Below are positions 38,223-47,263 of a DNA stretch of 64,000 nucleotides, piece by piece (position 1 is the stretch's first letter; every line of letters begins with the position of its first letter). The notes under the pieces are model-generated. The model ran no database searches, was not told the DNA's origin, and saw only the letters and a list, made by a program, of their open reading frames with translations. Source of the stretch: Clostridia bacterium. Its GTDB lineage: Bacteria; Bacillota; Clostridia; UMGS1883; UMGS1540. The position numbers and the translations under genes were made by a program. The stretch spans positions 543-64,542 of the forward strand of contig JAFSCR010000025.1 in NCBI GenBank assembly GCA_017436645.1, given 5' to 3'.

Positions 38223-39035
38223 ATGATTTTTAACGCATATCAGGATACGAAGAAGGGTATTTCCGGCGTTTCGATTGTGAGCAGTGGACATATCTTTGCC
38301 CAAAAGGGAAGAAAAATCAGTCGTCCCAAAGGAAGATCCGATTATCTGCTGTTTTATGTAGCAAAAGGCAAAGAACTTTTTTTTCTTAAAAACGAAACAG
38401 TTGTCGATGCAGGCGCATTTATATTTTTCAGACCCTTTGAAAAAGAAGAGCATAAACATATGGAAAATGAAACGGGCGAATTTTATTATGTTCGTTTTAA
38501 TGCGCCCGAGGATTTTGATTTGCTTGGTTTTGAAAGTTCCACTGTGTATCATACAAAGCCAAGCACAAAAGTGCGGGACATATTTGAAGAAATGATCAGC
38601 GAACTGCAAACAAAACAACCGGCGTACGAAATGCTCTGCGCCGCAAAGCTTTTTAATATTATTTCCCTCTTACGCAGAAAAACAGAAAAAGAATCAGCTC
38701 CCCAAGGCAGATATTTTGATAAAATCTCTTTTGTAATTCAAAAGATGAACAAAGAATATCAGAAAAGCTACACTTTAGACGAATATGCAACAATGTGTAA
38801 TATGAGTAAGTTTCATTTTTTAAGGGTGTTTAAGGGTATCACAGGCACATCTCCCCTTGCATACAGAAACAATATAAGGCTTGACCATGCAAAGGAACTG
38901 CTAATCGACACGAATAACCCCATAAATGAAATCGGAAGGAGCGTAGGCTTTTCCTCTGACACCTATTTCTGCGATGCCTTCAAGGCAGAAGTCGGCATGT
39001 CACCGGGTCAATACAGAAAAACTGCGAAAAAATAA
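38223..39035 (+). CDS. AraC family transcriptional regulator
   Basis: RPKGR-x-DY sensor motif; MSKFHF-x-RVFK and GFS-x3-YF-x3-FK-x3-GMSP-x2-YRK. Confidence 0.92.
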   Translation: MIFNAYQDTKKGISGVSIVSSGHIFAQKGRKISRPKGRSDYLLFYVAKGKELFFLKNETVVDAGAFIFFRPFEKEEHKHMENETGEFYYVRFNAPEDFDLLGFESSTVYHTKPSTKVRDIFEEMISELQTKQPAYEMLCAAKLFNIISLLRRKTEKESAPQGRYFDKISFVIQKMNKEYQKSYTLDEYATMCNMSKFHFLRVFKGITGTSPLAYRNNIRLDHAKELLIDTNNPINEIGRSVGFSSDTYFCDAFKAEVGMSPGQYRKTAKK

Positions 39036-39284
39036 GGGGATGTTAAAAAATGTCCGGATCGCAAAAAGGCAAAAAAATGATGCTTTTAAAACAGCACGTT
39101 CATGTTGTTTTTCATTCTTTTTGACAAAAATCTCAAATTTTCGATTTTTCTTTTAAAAACAAGCCTTTTTGCTACGAACAACCTTCGTCGCTCGGCGTAC
39201 CGATGTACGCCATCGGATAACCCAAAGCAGGATTTTTCCTGCTTTGGCTCAGTTTGTCCGTTCCAAACTATTTTTTCTCATCCC
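39036..39284. mobile_element. Putative MITE-like element with imperfect terminal inverted repeats
   Basis: GGGATGTTAAAAAA at the left and TTTTTTCTCATCCC at the right; internal hairpins; the left end resembles 24578-24614. Confidence 0.5.
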
Positions 39285-39291
39285 AAAGTTT

Positions 39292-39332
39292 GGGGCTGTT
39301 TAAAAAAGTTAACTTTTTAAACAGCCCCTTTT
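39292..39332. terminator. Perfect palindromic hairpin/terminator
   Basis: GGGGCTGTTTAAAAA-AGTTAAC-TTTTTAAACAGCCCC-TTTT. Confidence 0.7.
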
Positions 39333-40502
39333 TTATTTCGTTCCAAAAGCCTTTTCCATTCTGCTTAGTGCCTCTTTTATGTCCTCATATTTCGAAGCGT
39401 AGCATATTCTTATATATCCTTCGCCGTCAGGCCCGAAAGCATCGCCGGGGGAGGTTACTACGTGTGTTTTTTCAAGAATGTATTCTGCTGTCTCACGGCT
39501 ACGCATACCAAAGCCTGTAATGTTAGGAAACACATAAAATGCACCTTTGGGGCAAAGGCAGGAAAATCCGTTAATTCTGTTCAGACCTTCAACAATCAGT
39601 TTGCGGTTTCTGTCGTAGTATGCCACCATTTCCCGAACATCTTTTTCACCATTATAAATCGCTTCAACTGCGGCAAGCTGCATGGGTTCGGGAACGCTTG
39701 CAATCATATTTTCGTGGAGCTTTATAAGGTTTTCCGTAATCTTTTCATTTGCACATATATATCCTACTCTAAAGCCTGTCATAGCAAAGGTTTTGGAAAA
39801 GCTGTTGATTGTTAATACGTACTCTTCAATACCGGGGATTGAAGCCAGACTTTTTTGCTCGAAACCGTCATACACTAATTTTTCATATGGTTCATCGGAA
39901 ATGATAAAAATTTTATACTTTTTCACAAGCTCTGCTATTTTTATTAAATCCGCATAATCAAGGACACCACCTGTAGGATTGGAGGGGGAGTTTATAATAA
40001 TCAGCTTGGTTTTATCTGTAATTAGTGGTTCAATCACATCAGCTGTCATTTTAAAGTCATTTTTTTCATCCACTTTTGCGTAAACGGTTTTAGCATTTAC
40101 CATGTCAATCTGACCACGGTAATCCGGCCAGTTTGGGCCTTGTATAATAACCTCATCACCGGGATTGACAAGCGTTACCATAGAGAGCATAAGCGCCTGC
40201 GTGGCACCTGCCGTTACAATTAAATTTTTATCCGGATCACACTTAATCCCATTTTCTTTTTCAAGCTTATATGCAATAGCATCACGAAGCTCTTTAATTC
40301 CGGCGTTGGGGGTGTATTTTGTTTTTTTGTCTTTTAGACCTTTAATCCCTGCTTCAATAATATGGTCGGGCGCCGTAAAGCCCGGTTCCCCTAAAGTAAG
40401 GTTAATGGAATCATCATATTTTTTGGCAAGCTCAAACATCCTTCTTACACCGCTCGGAAGTGCGTTTTGCGCTGCTGTACTTAATATGTTTTTGTTATGC
40501 AT
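39333..40502 (-). CDS. Class I/II PLP-dependent aminotransferase
   Basis: LGEP, NSPSNPTG, SDE-x-Y, NSFSKTFAMTGFRVG and PKGAFY motifs. Confidence 0.93.
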   Translation of the reverse strand: MHNKNILSTAAQNALPSGVRRMFELAKKYDDSINLTLGEPGFTAPDHIIEAGIKGLKDKKTKYTPNAGIKELRDAIAYKLEKENGIKCDPDKNLIVTAGATQALMLSMVTLVNPGDEVIIQGPNWPDYRGQIDMVNAKTVYAKVDEKNDFKMTADVIEPLITDKTKLIIINSPSNPTGGVLDYADLIKIAELVKKYKIFIISDEPYEKLVYDGFEQKSLASIPGIEEYVLTINSFSKTFAMTGFRVGYICANEKITENLIKLHENMIASVPEPMQLAAVEAIYNGEKDVREMVAYYDRNRKLIVEGLNRINGFSCLCPKGAFYVFPNITGFGMRSRETAEYILEKTHVVTSPGDAFGPDGEGYIRICYASKYEDIKEALSRMEKAFGTK

Positions 40503-40505
40503 TTT

Positions 40506-41657
40506 TTAAATTTCCTTCCTGATTTTTTTGTATATTCGGGGTACGCGCTTTGAAATCACACAGGTCACTTCACCGCTGACACTTTCGCCAAATTCGCTCA
40601 GCGCCTGCGCTGAAATGGTATTTGTGCCGTCAAAACCCAAAAGGATAACCTCGTCGCCGATTTTCGCTCCGGGTACGTCGGTGACATCTATCAAAAGGTA
40701 ATCCATGGCAACCCTGCCGAGAACCCGAACACGCTTTCCGCCCACCAGAACGTGGGATTTATTGGAATAAACACGTCTGTATCCATCGGCATAGCCGCAG
40801 GTAACCATAGCAATGCGCATATCTTTTTCCGCTCGGAAGGTACAGCCGTAGCTTACAGCCTCCCCTTCCTCGATTTCGCTGATTTGCGAAATGAAGCTTG
40901 CCCATTTTAAAGCGGGCTGTAAACCAAGCTCCCGAACACTTTCGTCGCTGTAAGACATACCAAGAGGCATCATGCCGAGCCGAACCATATCCAGCTGATA
41001 TTCTGTATGCACCAGAGAGCCGCCTGTTGAAGAAGCGTGTCGCAGCCCGATCGTAAACCCGTTTTCATCAAGCGTTTCTAAAACGTTTATAAAACGGTTA
41101 AACTGAAGCTGTGTAAATTCCAGTTCCCAGTCAAGCTGCCCTTCGCCGCAGGCAAAATGGGTGTACGTTCCCGTGAAATTAAGGTTTGGAAGGCTGTATA
41201 TGTATTTAATTTCTTCTATGGCATCGTTGTTTTCACGCCACCGTATGCCGGAGCGGTTCAGCCCCGTATCGATTTTTAAATGACAGTCACACCTTAAGCC
41301 CGCCTCGCCTAGCTTTGCCGAAACCTTCTCCGCGTATGCGACGCTGCCAACCGTAAGCGTAAGATCGTTTTTTGCGGCAGTTTCGATTTGCCCTTCCGGG
41401 AGGGGACCAAAAATAAGGATGGGTTTATCGCTCTGCAAACGTATCTGCAAGCCTTCCTCAATGGTGGCGACTGCATACCAGTCTGTAAAGGTTTCGTAAG
41501 CAGGGACAACGCCTTCTATTCCATGCCCATACGCGTCAGCCTTTAAAACGGACATTATTTTTTTATTTTTAAATGTATCTTTTATAATTTTGCCGTTATG
41601 CACAATACTTCCTAAATCTATCTGTGCATACGTTCTGTATATTTCATTTGCCTTCAT
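40506..41657 (-). CDS. Alanine racemase family amino acid racemase, substrate uncertain
   Basis: VLKADAYGHG (PLP Lys), HLKIDTG-x2-R, YTHFA, VSYG, GYADG and GRV-x-MD motifs. Confidence 0.9.
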   Translation of the reverse strand: MKANEIYRTYAQIDLGSIVHNGKIIKDTFKNKKIMSVLKADAYGHGIEGVVPAYETFTDWYAVATIEEGLQIRLQSDKPILIFGPLPEGQIETAAKNDLTLTVGSVAYAEKVSAKLGEAGLRCDCHLKIDTGLNRSGIRWRENNDAIEEIKYIYSLPNLNFTGTYTHFACGEGQLDWELEFTQLQFNRFINVLETLDENGFTIGLRHASSTGGSLVHTEYQLDMVRLGMMPLGMSYSDESVRELGLQPALKWASFISQISEIEEGEAVSYGCTFRAEKDMRIAMVTCGYADGYRRVYSNKSHVLVGGKRVRVLGRVAMDYLLIDVTDVPGAKIGDEVILLGFDGTNTISAQALSEFGESVSGEVTCVISKRVPRIYKKIRKEI

Positions 41658-41659
41658 AT

Positions 41660-43240
41660 TCAACGTCCACTCCGTCTCAAATATTTTCCGTTATAGACGC
41701 CCGTCAGTTCATTGTTTTCAAGCACCAATTCCCCGTCCACATATACCTGATAAATGCCTTCATTGGGCTTAAACGGATTTGCAAAGTCAAGATTATCGGT
41801 GATGGAATCGTAGTCAAAAAGCACCAAATCCGCATCATACCCTGCCGCAATGCGCCCTTTGCCGCGCAGCCCGTACGTTTCGGCAGGCATAGAGGTAATC
41901 CGCCTGATGGCTTCTTCCCTTGAAAGAAGTCCGCGTTTACGAATATAGTGACCGAGATACCGCGGAAAAGTGCCGAATGCCCGCGGATGTGCAGAAAGGT
42001 CCCCCGGCTTATAAATGCCGTCAGAGCCGACCATACATTTCGGGTGCTTTAAAATCATTTCCACATTGTCCTCGCACATGGAAAAACGACATTCGTACAC
42101 CACGCCCCGGTTTGCCTTTAAAAGGTATACCACGGCATCAAAGGGGGATATGCCAAGTTCTTCTCCCACCTGCGCATACGTTTTTCCGATTGCCCACGGC
42201 GTTTCTTTTGCCCGGACAATCAGGAAGTTTTCAAGACCCACATAATACATGCTGTTGTCCCACGAAGGGTCATTTATTTCAAAAATTTCCCGGTAGATTG
42301 CCTTTACAACGAGGGGATTATCGAGGCTTTCTGCAAATGCATCCACGCCTTTTGACAAAAACTGCGGTGGGATGGCGCTGAGGGTAGTGGTTGACGCCGC
42401 CGTGTAAGGATATGCATCCAGCGTAATATGGAGGCCGTCTTTGTTGGCAGCATCAATCATGCCGAGTGCCCTTTCGCATCGCCCCCAGAATTCTTTCCCC
42501 ACACATTTGAAATGGGAAATGTTTACGGGCACGTTGCCATCTCTTGCAATATTGATACATTCCTGCACGCTGTCAAAAAGTCCCATGGATTCAGAACGGG
42601 AATGTGTAACGTAAAGTCCGCCCCATTCGCCGGCGGTTTTTGCCAGCATTGTAAGCTCTTTTGTATCGGAATAGATGCCGGGAACATAGGAAAGCCCTGT
42701 GGAAAAGCCTGCGCTTCCGCTCTTTATCTCTTGCTCCAGCATTTTCTGCATTCTTTCTATTTCATCGGGACTTGCTTTCCGTGCCTCTGTGCCCATTACC
42801 ACGCCGCGCACCAGACCGTGCCCTGTGAAATAACATTGATTTGTGCCAAGTTCCAGCTCGTTTACAGCATCAATGGCGGAGGCCATATCCGGAAAATACC
42901 GTAATGCGCCGCCGTTAACAGATTTTCTGGTTTCGCTTTTCATAGAGCCGTCATCGGGACTTATGGAGTGCCCGCATTGCCCTGCGATTTCCGTTGTTGC
43001 ACCCATACGAAGAACGTGCTCCCGGTGCGGGTCTTTAAAAATGGATTGGTCGCTGTGGCTATGCGAATCAATAAAACCGGGGGCAAGTGCAAGCCCCTCT
43101 GCATCCACAATGCGCTTTGCCGGATGGGTTTCTTCTCCTATATAAACAATCTTTCCGTCGGTGGCGGTTACGTTGGAATAATATGCATCCTTGCCGCTGC
43201 CGTCGTAAATAAGGGCGTTTCTGATTTCTAAATCATACAT
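41660..43240 (-). CDS. N-acyl-D-amino-acid deacylase (D-aminoacylase)
   Basis: APGFIDSHSHSD, GQCG, STGL-x-Y-x-PG, H-x-R-x-E, ISHFK, DAYPY, GSDG and HPRAFGTFPR motifs. Confidence 0.92.
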   Translation of the reverse strand: MYDLEIRNALIYDGSGKDAYYSNVTATDGKIVYIGEETHPAKRIVDAEGLALAPGFIDSHSHSDQSIFKDPHREHVLRMGATTEIAGQCGHSISPDDGSMKSETRKSVNGGALRYFPDMASAIDAVNELELGTNQCYFTGHGLVRGVVMGTEARKASPDEIERMQKMLEQEIKSGSAGFSTGLSYVPGIYSDTKELTMLAKTAGEWGGLYVTHSRSESMGLFDSVQECINIARDGNVPVNISHFKCVGKEFWGRCERALGMIDAANKDGLHITLDAYPYTAASTTTLSAIPPQFLSKGVDAFAESLDNPLVVKAIYREIFEINDPSWDNSMYYVGLENFLIVRAKETPWAIGKTYAQVGEELGISPFDAVVYLLKANRGVVYECRFSMCEDNVEMILKHPKCMVGSDGIYKPGDLSAHPRAFGTFPRYLGHYIRKRGLLSREEAIRRITSMPAETYGLRGKGRIAAGYDADLVLFDYDSITDNLDFANPFKPNEGIYQVYVDGELVLENNELTGVYNGKYLRRSGR

Positions 43241-43365
43241 AATAAATCCTCCGTCTTTAAAATCACATATCCGGCAAAACAATTCTTGCGAAAAGCTTTA
43301 CCCCATCACACATAACAAAGGAAGCTGCTTTAATAATCATAAAATTTTCCTGTATCTATAAAGTT

Positions 43366-44517
43366 TCATCCAAAATTCCGGCACTGCATAACATATGCAC
43401 AAAATGCCTGTATGGCTATTTTCATACCTTCTTCATCAATACAGAAGTCATTTCTGTGGGCAAGAGCTGTGCAACCGGTTTCCTCGTTTCTTGTCCCAAA
43501 CCGGAATATCATGCCGGGTACTTTCTCAAGATACCATCCAAAATCTTCGCTGCTCATTCTTTGTGGCATATCCTGCATATTTAAGCCTGCATTTCTTGCT
43601 GTTTTCTTAAATTTTTCTGTAATAGTTTCATCATTATGAACTGGCCCTGTACTCATATTCCATATAATTTCCACGCTGCCGCCATATCGGTTAGCGATTT
43701 CGCTGCAAATATTGCGAACATTTCTTTCAACTCGTTTTGAGAAATCCATATTATAAAAGCGGAAAGAAATATCCATTTGGCATAAATCCGCAATAACATT
43801 ATGTACATGACCGCCCTGGAAGTGCCCCACAGACCAGATGTATTTTAATTCTCCGGCCTCTTCCTTAACCATAGCTTTCATTTTGTTGTACGCTTCAACA
43901 GCCATTGCAACAGCATCTATACCATATTCAGGCAATGCTGCGTGGGAGGTACGACCTTTAAAACGTATGGTTGCAGGAATACACGCAGCCATATAATCAC
44001 CATAGCATATTCCTATTTTGCCGGTGTTAATTGCATTATCACAATGGGTGCAAATTATATGGTCAACACCGTCGCAAACACCATTTTCTACCATCATTTT
44101 TGCACCGCTTACTGCCCCTTCTTCGCTTGGCTGAAAAATAAGTCTTACTCTGCATGTGAGTTTGTTTTCATTTTCTTTTAAATATTTGGCAACTGCCAGA
44201 AGTACTGCCGTATGCGAATCGTGTCCACAAGCGTGCATCTGTCCCGAAATTTTAGACTTATAAGGCACATCTGTTTTTTCTTCAACGGGGAGAGCATCCA
44301 TATCAGCCCGCAGGGCAATCATTTTATCACCCTGCCCAAGATGCGCCACAACACTTCCTTTTCCATATTCATAAGTATACGGAATGCCGATTTTATCAAG
44401 TTCTTCCGATACCAGCTTAACGGTTTTGTCAAGTTCAAAACCTATTTCCGGATATTGATGGAGCTGTCTTCTTACAGATACTGCATATTCATACAATTCG
44501 TTTGAAACAAAATCCAT
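43366..44517 (-). CDS. M20D family amidohydrolase
   Basis: RR-x-LHQYPE, LRADMDALP, MHACGHD-x-H, FQP-x-EEG and SEDF motifs. Confidence 0.93.
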   Translation of the reverse strand: MDFVSNELYEYAVSVRRQLHQYPEIGFELDKTVKLVSEELDKIGIPYTYEYGKGSVVAHLGQGDKMIALRADMDALPVEEKTDVPYKSKISGQMHACGHDSHTAVLLAVAKYLKENENKLTCRVRLIFQPSEEGAVSGAKMMVENGVCDGVDHIICTHCDNAINTGKIGICYGDYMAACIPATIRFKGRTSHAALPEYGIDAVAMAVEAYNKMKAMVKEEAGELKYIWSVGHFQGGHVHNVIADLCQMDISFRFYNMDFSKRVERNVRNICSEIANRYGGSVEIIWNMSTGPVHNDETITEKFKKTARNAGLNMQDMPQRMSSEDFGWYLEKVPGMIFRFGTRNEETGCTALAHRNDFCIDEEGMKIAIQAFCAYVMQCRNFG

Positions 44518-44518
44518 C

Positions 44519-44986
44519 TTATTTCCCCTCCGCTTTTTCCATACTCGGTAAAATCGTTGGAGAAAATTTATGCTCCATTAAAGAAATCATGGTGTGACTT
44601 TGCATAACACCTTTTATTTTTTTAATACACAAAATTTTCTCTTCAAGGGACTCTATGTCCTTGGCACAGATTTTAAGCATATGGTCATATTCTCCGGTCA
44701 CCGAATAACATTCCAATACATCAGGGTCATTGTTTGCATATTTTATAAGCGATTTGATACTGTCCCCGTATTGCATGACGATAAAAACAAATGCCGTAAT
44801 GGTCTTATCTAACTTTTTGGGATTTGTCACGATTGTAAAATAATCTATGATGCCCTCTTTTTGCATGCGGAGAATTCTTTTGTTGACAGCCGGCACAGAC
44901 AGATTGACCATATTGCTGATTTCTGTTGCAGTAGTATTTGCATCTCTGGAAAGAATTTCTAAAATCTTTTTGTCTGTTATATCCAT
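44519..44986 (-). CDS. Lrp/AsnC family transcriptional regulator
   Basis: MD-x2-DKKIL-x2-L, LS-x-PAV-x2-RI HTH and ECY-x-VTGEYD. Confidence 0.93.
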   Translation of the reverse strand: MDITDKKILEILSRDANTTATEISNMVNLSVPAVNKRILRMQKEGIIDYFTIVTNPKKLDKTITAFVFIVMQYGDSIKSLIKYANNDPDVLECYSVTGEYDHMLKICAKDIESLEEKILCIKKIKGVMQSHTMISLMEHKFSPTILPSMEKAEGK

Positions 44987-45138
44987 ACTTTGCGCCCTCC
45001 CGTTTCGGTTTTAAATAAATTATAGCATATAGCAATAAATAAGCCAATATATTTCGAATAATAAGAGCGGAAGTTAACTGTAATTGCAAATTTATTAAAT
45101 TTTGCTCGAGTTGCATTCTGTTTTTGGGGAAGGAACAC

Positions 45139-45169
45139 AAAAATGCTCGCCTTTATAGACGAGCATTTT
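45139..45169 (-). terminator. Intrinsic terminator after spoIVB fragment 2
   Basis: AAAATGCTCGCC-TTTATA-GACGAGCATTTT; nearly the same hairpin occurs at 47003-47038. Confidence 0.75.
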
Positions 45170-45171
45170 AC

Positions 45172-45297
45172 TTATTTTTTATTTTCCGCCAGCATATTCT
45201 CGATAAACACCCCGTATCCTCTCGTTGGGTCATTCACAAACACATGAGTTACTGCACCAACTAATTTTCCATTCTGCACGATGGGGCTACCACTCAC
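45172..45297 (-). pseudogene. spoIVB: Displaced 3'-end copy of spoIVB (fragment 2)
   Basis: Reads (V)[40 protein letters not shown], against [43 protein letters not shown] in the intact gene. Confidence 0.93.
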
Positions 45298-45305
45298 GAC
45301 TGTTG

Positions 45306-46229
45306 TCAATGGTGGACAACAGTTTTACTTTTTTCTGATGTGTAATTTACAATGTAAATTCCAAAACTCACAAGCAATAATGCAACAATATACTGCCATG
45401 TGAATATATTCTCTTTCAGAAACAGTCCTGAAAGTATTGTGCCGGAAACAGGAATAACAAAATTATAAACACTTAATTTTCCTATGGGGTAGTTTTTCAA
45501 AAGCATGCTCCACAGAGTAAATCCTGCAGAAGAAACCAGTATAAGATACAGCAAAACAATAATTCCGGGGAGATTAACTGTTATTTCTCCACTATATCCG
45601 AACACTCCTGTGATGATCAATAAAAATCCACCAATCAACAAATTATAAGCAGTTACGGTAAAGCTATTATTTAGCTGTGAAGCTTTTTTGTTTATTGCGG
45701 AACCTATAACAAAAAAGGTTCCGGCAACCAATATAAGTCCTTCTCCCCAAAAAGAGATTTTTTCCACACCGCTATTTGCAAAACAAGCAATGACTACACC
45801 TGAAAATCCAATAAGGCAACCGGCAATTTTTTTGAAATTCAACTTGTCATCAGGGTAAATAAAGTGTGCTAATATTATAGCTATAAACGCCGATGCCGAA
45901 TTCACAACAGAACCGGATGCGCCTGTTGTATTTGACAAACCAACATAGAAGAATATGTATTGCATATATGTATATGTCAACCCAAGAAAAAAAACATTAA
46001 TCCAATTCCCTTTTTTAACGGCCGGAAATTTTTTCTGTTTTAATGAATCAATGATTAAAACTATAACTCCTGATATAAAAAACCTGATTCCAGCATAAAG
46101 AATTTTTGAAAATACATCATCAGATATGTTAAAAAATTTATATCCTAACTTAATCATCGGAAATGCGCTTCCAAATAAAACATTACAGAATACTGCTACC
46201 AAAACAGCCCTCATTGTTAATTTATTCAT
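45306..46229 (-). CDS. DMT/EamA family transporter
   Basis: About ten TM helices; GSAFP-x-IK-x-GY, AGIRF, FFY-x-GL and IPV-x-G-x-ILS-x-LFL-x-E motifs; AT-rich. Confidence 0.9.
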   Translation of the reverse strand: MNKLTMRAVLVAVFCNVLFGSAFPMIKLGYKFFNISDDVFSKILYAGIRFFISGVIVLIIDSLKQKKFPAVKKGNWINVFFLGLTYTYMQYIFFYVGLSNTTGASGSVVNSASAFIAIILAHFIYPDDKLNFKKIAGCLIGFSGVVIACFANSGVEKISFWGEGLILVAGTFFVIGSAINKKASQLNNSFTVTAYNLLIGGFLLIITGVFGYSGEITVNLPGIIVLLYLILVSSAGFTLWSMLLKNYPIGKLSVYNFVIPVSGTILSGLFLKENIFTWQYIVALLLVSFGIYIVNYTSEKSKTVVHH

Positions 46230-46938
46230 AATAATCCTCTGATTTACTTTTTTTATTTGCAATTGTTTTAATATTACCAATTACATTTTTTATATGTGTT
46301 TCCATGGTTTTAAACGCCTTTTGTGCATCACGTTCTGCAATTGCATCAGCTATTTCCTGATGTTCTAAAACTGCAGCTTTTCCGTTGTTTTCAACTGTAA
46401 ATAAGTTTTTCTTACATTCCATTGACGCTTCGTACAGTTGCTTATAAACCCTTATGTAAACTTCGTTATGTGCACAGGTAGCTATGCAATTATGAAACTT
46501 ATTATCAGACTCAATCATCCCTATGATATCGTGATTCTTATATGCCTTTTCAAAAAAAGAAAGTATGCCGAAAAGCGTGAATATTTCATCTTCAGTTGCT
46601 CGCTCTGCCGCATATTTGGAGACAGTGGGTTCAATTCCGAGTCTGAACTCTGAAATCTCAAGGTAATCATCCTCTTTCGAAAAAATGCTGTCTACGGCTG
46701 TTTTATTAAGCATCGACTCATCACAAGACGCAACAAAAGCACCTTTTCCCGGTTTCAATTCTAAAAAACCTATTGCCTGCAACACTTTCATCGCTTCACG
46801 CACAGTAGTTCTGCTTACTTTAAACTTATCACACACCTCATTTTCAGAAAGATACTTCTCGCCTTCTTTATAAGTACCTGAAAGTATGTCGGATTTTATT
46901 TCTCTTATAGTTTCTTCGATTTTAGAAAATTTCTTCAT
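46222..46938 (-). CDS. GntR/FadR family transcriptional regulator
   Basis: SE-x-E-x4-F-x-VSRTTVREA HTH, GKGAFV and an FCD domain (D-x2-FH, EH-x2-I). Confidence 0.93.
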   Translation of the reverse strand: MKKFSKIEETIREIKSDILSGTYKEGEKYLSENEVCDKFKVSRTTVREAMKVLQAIGFLELKPGKGAFVASCDESMLNKTAVDSIFSKEDDYLEISEFRLGIEPTVSKYAAERATEDEIFTLFGILSFFEKAYKNHDIIGMIESDNKFHNCIATCAHNEVYIRVYKQLYEASMECKKNLFTVENNGKAAVLEHQEIADAIAERDAQKAFKTMETHIKNVIGNIKTIANKKSKSEDYYE

Positions 46939-46951
46939 ATCAACTCTCCAT

Positions 46952-47001
46952 ATTGTATGACATCATACAATTATAATATCACGTCCCTTTTAGTTTGTCA
47001 A
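46952..47001 (-). promoter_or_regulatory. SigA promoter with an adjacent FadR-type operator (probable autoregulation)
   Basis: Minus strand TTGACA-17-TATTAT followed by the palindrome ATTGTATGA-N2-TCATACAAT (46952-46971). Confidence 0.7.
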
Positions 47002-47002
47002 C

Positions 47003-47038
47003 AAAAAATACTCGTCCAAATTACATAGACGAGCATTT
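47003..47038 (-). terminator. Intrinsic terminator after spoIVB fragment 1
   Basis: AAAAAATACTCGTC-CAAATTACATA-GACGAGCATTT; shares ATAGACGAGCATTT with the 45139-45169 hairpin. Confidence 0.7.
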
Positions 47039-47041
47039 AAG

Positions 47042-47092
47042 TTATTTAATTTTTTCAGATTCTGTCAACATATTCTCAATAAATACCCCGTA
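47042..47092 (-). pseudogene. spoIVB: Displaced short 3'-end copy of spoIVB (fragment 1)
   Basis: Reads [16 protein letters not shown], matching YGVFIENML of the intact gene with synonymous changes. Confidence 0.85.
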
Positions 47093-47102
47093 CGTGCTGT
47101 TA

Positions 47103-47263
47103 ATGAATTGACAACCCTGCTGTCATGAATTGGCTTCGCCATGAATTCTCGCTCCGCTCCATGAATTGAATTGCCTTTTCATGCACCGAAAGGTGCAATT
47201 CATGAGCCAAAAGGCTCAATTCATGAAACTGGAAGTTTCAATTCATGCCGTAAGGCAATTCAT
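47103..47263. repeat. Array of small hairpins separated by CAATTCATG/CATGAATTG linkers (REP-like), copy 1
   Basis: ATGAATT units at 47103-47172 face four hairpin-AATTCAT units at 47181-47263; the array overlaps the spoIVB stop codon. Confidence 0.85.

Noticed and set aside
24574-45138. Further spoIVB 3' fragments in the rest of the island
   Set aside because: Intergenic regions were read by eye and none was found; very decayed copies cannot be excluded without alignment.
47103-47263. CRISPR array (constant linker with variable inserts)
   Set aside because: Repeats are only 7-9 nt, the inserts are 10-16-nt self-complementary hairpins reused in the same order at 52 kb, and no cas genes are present.
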